A stretch of 32,000 nt of DNA from Kiloniella sp. (GTDB lineage: Bacteria > Pseudomonadota > Alphaproteobacteria > Kiloniellales > Kiloniellaceae). The stretch lies in assembly GCF_965205715.1 (NCBI RefSeq), contig NZ_CBDBHW010000006.1:179792-211791 (forward strand). The letters run 5' to 3'. Each line of letters begins with the position of its first letter. Within the stretch, counting starts at the first letter, position 1. This document shows positions 28,617-32,000 of the stretch, one piece after another. Made by a program: the position numbers and the translations under genes. The notes under the pieces are model-generated. The model was not told the DNA's origin, made no database searches, and saw only the letters and a list, made by a program, of their open reading frames with translations.

Positions 28617-31600
28617 TTACTCCGCAGGGGTCTGCTCACTAGGGAGGCTAGAGTCGATAGCCTCATTTGCTGCGGCATCTCGAGACGCTGCAATCAATTG
28701 ATCCTGTTCTTCTGCAAGTTTTTTAACTCGCTTCATCACAGCACCAGTACCTGCAGGTATCAAGCGACCAACAATAACGTTCTCTTTCAGACCGATCAGC
28801 GTATCCATTTTACCATGGGTCGCAGCCTCAGTCAGAACACGAGTTGTTTCTTGGAACGAAGCAGCAGAAATGAAAGATCTCGTTTGCAGACTAGCCTTCG
28901 TAATCCCTTGCAGGATTGGACGACCAGTGGCAACGCGTCCACCTTCCTTAATTGCTTTTTCGTTTTCTTCCGCGAACTCTTCACGGTCAGCAGTTTCCCC
29001 AACCAAGAAGGTTGTGTCACCACCATCCATAATTTCAATTTTCTGCAACATCTGACGGATGATCACTTCGATATGTTTATCGTTGATCTTCACGCCTTGC
29101 AGACGATAGACGCTCTGAACTTCATTGATCAGGTAATCAGCCAAAGCTTCAACACCCAACACATCCAGAATATCATGTAGAACCAGGCTACCATCCATCA
29201 AGAGATCACCAACTTCTACGGTGTCACCTTCTTGAACAGCTAGATGCTTGCCTTTTGGAAGCATATATTCACGTGGCTCAATTGTTTCATCATCTGGACG
29301 GACGATAATACGACGCTTTGCCTTATAGTCCTTACCGTACTCAACACGACCAGCGATATCTGCCATGACAGCAAAATCTTTTGGCTTACGCGCTTCGAAC
29401 AGTTCAGCCACACGAGGTAGACCACCCGTAATATCACGTGTTTTAGAACCTTCGCGAGGAATACGAGCCAAGACATCACCTGCCTTAACTGGTGTACCAG
29501 GTTCCACAGAAAGAATAGAGCCAACTGACAAGAAGTATCTAGCTTCCATATCATTGTCGAGTAGTACCACCTCACCGTCGGCATCACGTAGAGTGATACG
29601 AGGCTTCAGGTCTGTTCCCTTAGAAGCTTGCTTCCACTCGACGACTTCGCGGCTGGAAATACCTGTTGTTTCGTCAACAACTTCACGCATAGAAACGCCG
29701 TCAACGAGATCAACAAAGTTAGCCAAACCTTCTTTTTCAGAAATAATTGGAATCGTATAAGGATCCCATTCAGCCAGCTTTTGCCCCTTCTCACATGCGC
29801 CACCTTCATCAACCAGCAATTTGGTACCATACTGAAGACGGTGACGTGCACGCTCGCGATTATTTTCGTCGCGAATGATAAGCTCCTGACTACGTCCCAT
29901 CACAATAGGAAGACCGTCAGAATTCATAACCACGTTACGGTTTTTAATATGAATAGTACCGGAAAGCGATGCTTCGATAGAAGATTGCTCTGAACCACCC
30001 TGCGCAGCACCACCGATGTGGAAGGTACGCATTGTTAGCTGTGTACCAGGCTCACCGATTGACTGAGCAGCAATAACACCGACAGCTTCACCTGTGTAAA
30101 CCTTCGTACCGCGAGACAGATCACGACCATAACATTGTGCACAAACACCGTTCTTTGATTTACAAAGAAGTGGTGAACGAACATGAATAGTATCGAGACC
30201 AGACCGGTCAATCTCATCCAAGTGTTCTTCAGAAATGATTTCACCAGCGGATACGATCACATCTTTGGTCAATGGGCTTACAAGATCATCAATTGTTGTA
30301 CGACCAAGTAGGCGCTCACTCAGAGAAGCAATAACTTCACCACCATCAATAACCGCAGAAATCTGCATACCAATATCGGTACCACAGTCTTCTTCGTTAA
30401 TGATAGCATCCTGGGCAACGTCAACGAGACGACGCGTTAGATAACCAGAGTTAGCCGTTTTAAGAGCCGTATCAGCAAGACCTTTACGCGCACCGTGCGT
30501 AGAGTTGAAGTACTCAAGAACGGTCAGACCTTCTTTAAAGTTGGAAATAATTGGTGTTTCAATGATCGAACCATCCGGTTTCGCCATCAAACCACGCATA
30601 CCCGCCAACTGTTTGATCTGCGCTGCAGAACCACGCGCACCAGAGTGAGCCATCATGTAAACAGAGTTAACATCACGACCTTGAGATGCACCAATGACTT
30701 TCATCATTTCATCAGCAACACGATCAGAACACTGAGCCCAGATATCAACAACTTTGTTGTATTTCTCACCACGAGTAATCAAACCATCGAGATACTGTTG
30801 CTCAAATTCTTTAACCTGAACTTGCGCCTCTTCGATCAGCTCTTCTTTTGCATCTGGAATACGCATATCGTCTTTACCAAACGAAATACCAGCCATACAC
30901 GCGTGAGTAAAACCAAGCTTCATGATTTTATCACAGAAGATTACAGTCTCTTTCTGACCACAGTGACGATAAACCATATCAATGATTTCGGAAACTTCAC
31001 GCTTTGGAAGCAAACGGTTAAGCATTGTGAAAGGAAGCTTTGGATGACGAGGATACAACTCGGCTAGCTTCATTCTTCCTGGTGTCGTCTCTTCAAGAGT
31101 AGAGATCGGATTACCATCAGCATCGACAGTATGATAGCGAGCAGTGATTTTTGTATGCAGTGAAATCACTTTATTGTTCAGCGCATGGTCAATCTCGGCC
31201 ATGTCGCCAAACGCCATACCTTCGCCCGGCTCACCTTCCATCATCATGGAAAGATAGTAGATACCAAGGACAATATCCTGTGACGGAACGATAATCGGCT
31301 TACCATTCGCAGGAGACAGAATGTTGTTAGTAGACATCATCAACACACGCGCTTCGAGCTGAGCTTCCAGAGAAAGCGGCACGTGCACAGCCATTTGGTC
31401 ACCATCAAAATCGGCGTTAAAGGCAGTACAAACAAGCGGGTGAAGCTGAATAGCCTTACCTTCAATCAGTGTAGGCTCGAAAGCTTGGATACCAAGACGG
31501 TGAAGTGTCGGAGCACGGTTAAGCATAACCGGGTGCTCACGGATAACTTCCTCGAGGATATCCCAAACCTCTGGACGGGTTTTCTCTACCATACGCTTCG

Positions 31601-32000
31601 CAGCTTTAATGGTCGTCGCCATGCCATAGAGTTCTAGTTTCGAATAGATAAACGGCTTAAACAATTCAAGCGCCATCTTCTTCGGCAAACCACACTGATG
31701 TAGTTTCAACTCCGGTCCAACAACGATCACGGAACGTCCGGAATAATCGACACGCTTACCGAGAAGGTTTTGACGGAAACGACCCTGCTTACCTTTAAGC
31801 ATGTCTGAAAGTGATTTCAGAGGACGCTTATTCGCACCTGTAATAACGCGTCCACGACGACCGTTATCGAACAATGCGTCAACGGATTCCTGAAGCATAC
31901 GTTTTTCGTTACGTACGATGATATCAGGTGCGCGAAGCTCAATCAGACGTTTCAGGCGATTGTTACGGTTAATTACACGACGATATAGATCGTTCAAATC
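28617..32000 (-). CDS. rpoC: DNA-directed RNA polymerase beta' subunit, 3' portion; CDS runs off the right edge
   Basis: The frame is open to position 32000. The track's TTG start at 31997 is only an internal codon. The sequence contains [17 protein letters not shown] and the catalytic [12 protein letters not shown] motif, with 1127 codons visible. Confidence 0.98.
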   Translation of the reverse strand, partial: DLNDLYRRVINRNNRLKRLIELRAPDIIVRNEKRMLQESVDALFDNGRRGRVITGANKRPLKSLSDMLKGKQGRFRQNLLGKRVDYSGRSVIVVGPELKLHQCGLPKKMALELFKPFIYSKLELYGMATTIKAAKRMVEKTRPEVWDILEEVIREHPVMLNRAPTLHRLGIQAFEPTLIEGKAIQLHPLVCTAFNADFDGDQMAVHVPLSLEAQLEARVLMMSTNNILSPANGKPIIVPSQDIVLGIYYLSMMMEGEPGEGMAFGDMAEIDHALNNKVISLHTKITARYHTVDADGNPISTLEETTPGRMKLAELYPRHPKLPFTMLNRLLPKREVSEIIDMVYRHCGQKETVIFCDKIMKLGFTHACMAGISFGKDDMRIPDAKEELIEEAQVQVKEFEQQYLDGLITRGEKYNKVVDIWAQCSDRVADEMMKVIGASQGRDVNSVYMMAHSGARGSAAQIKQLAGMRGLMAKPDGSIIETPIISNFKEGLTVLEYFNSTHGARKGLADTALKTANSGYLTRRLVDVAQDAIINEEDCGTDIGMQISAVIDGGEVIASLSERLLGRTTIDDLVSPLTKDVIVSAGEIISEEHLDEIDRSGLDTIHVRSPLLCKSKNGVCAQCYGRDLSRGTKVYTGEAVGVIAAQSIGEPGTQLTMRTFHIGGAAQGGSEQSSIEASLSGTIHIKNRNVVMNSDGLPIVMGRSQELIIRDENNRERARHRLQYGTKLLVDEGGACEKGQKLAEWDPYTIPIISEKEGLANFVDLVDGVSMREVVDETTGISSREVVEWKQASKGTDLKPRITLRDADGEVVLLDNDMEARYFLSVGSILSVEPGTPVKAGDVLARIPREGSKTRDITGGLPRVAELFEARKPKDFAVMADIAGRVEYGKDYKAKRRIIVRPDDETIEPREYMLPKGKHLAVQEGDTVEVGDLLMDGSLVLHDILDVLGVEALADYLINEVQSVYRLQGVKINDKHIEVIIRQMLQKIEIMDGGDTTFLVGETADREEFAEENEKAIKEGGRVATGRPILQGITKASLQTRSFISAASFQETTRVLTEAATHGKMDTLIGLKENVIVGRLIPAGTGAVMKRVKKLAEEQDQLIAASRDAAANEAIDSSLPSEQTPAE

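Overview
This window is an uninterrupted block of core housekeeping genes, all on the minus strand, in the gene order typical of Alphaproteobacteria (ATP12 homologue present; adk between secY and rpsM; no rpsD, rpmJ or infA in the ribosomal cluster). In transcription order (right to left) it holds: the 3' part of rpoC; the str operon rpsL-rpsG-fusA-tuf; the S10/spc/alpha clusters rpsJ-rplC-rplD-rplW-rplB-rpsS-rplV-rpsC-rplP-rpmC-rpsQ-rplN-rplX-rplE-rpsN-rpsH-rplF-rplR-rpsE-rpmD-rplO-secY-adk-rpsM-rpsK-rpoA-rplQ; a DegP/HtrA-type protease; rarA; an isochorismatase-fold protein; crcB overlapping an RluC/D-type pseudouridine synthase; a HAD phosphatase; an ATP12-family chaperone; pccB; and the 5' part of pccA. 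pccA is missing from the supplied ORF track because it has no stop codon in the window. I see no rRNA or tRNA genes, CRISPR arrays, transposases, integrases, phage or defence-type genes, and no unexplained multi-gene cassette, so I cannot nominate a novel protein system here. The observations worth a second look are mostly non-coding. There are strong terminator-like hairpins inside the ribosomal super-operon (rplO/secY and rpsK/rpoA). A consensus promoter with a leader of about 220 nt lies ahead of rpsM, in a cluster that lacks the E. coli regulator gene rpsD. The crcB leader has no recognisable fluoride-riboswitch core but has an 11-bp long-range helix over its ribosome-binding site. One coding oddity stands out: the isochorismatase-fold protein appears, by eye, to lack the whole Asp-Lys-Cys catalytic triad. 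Four ORF-track calls (rpsL, rpsM, rplO, pseudouridine synthase) are over-extended at the N-terminus and are corrected below. No searches or folding computations could be run, so all structures and alignments are by eye.
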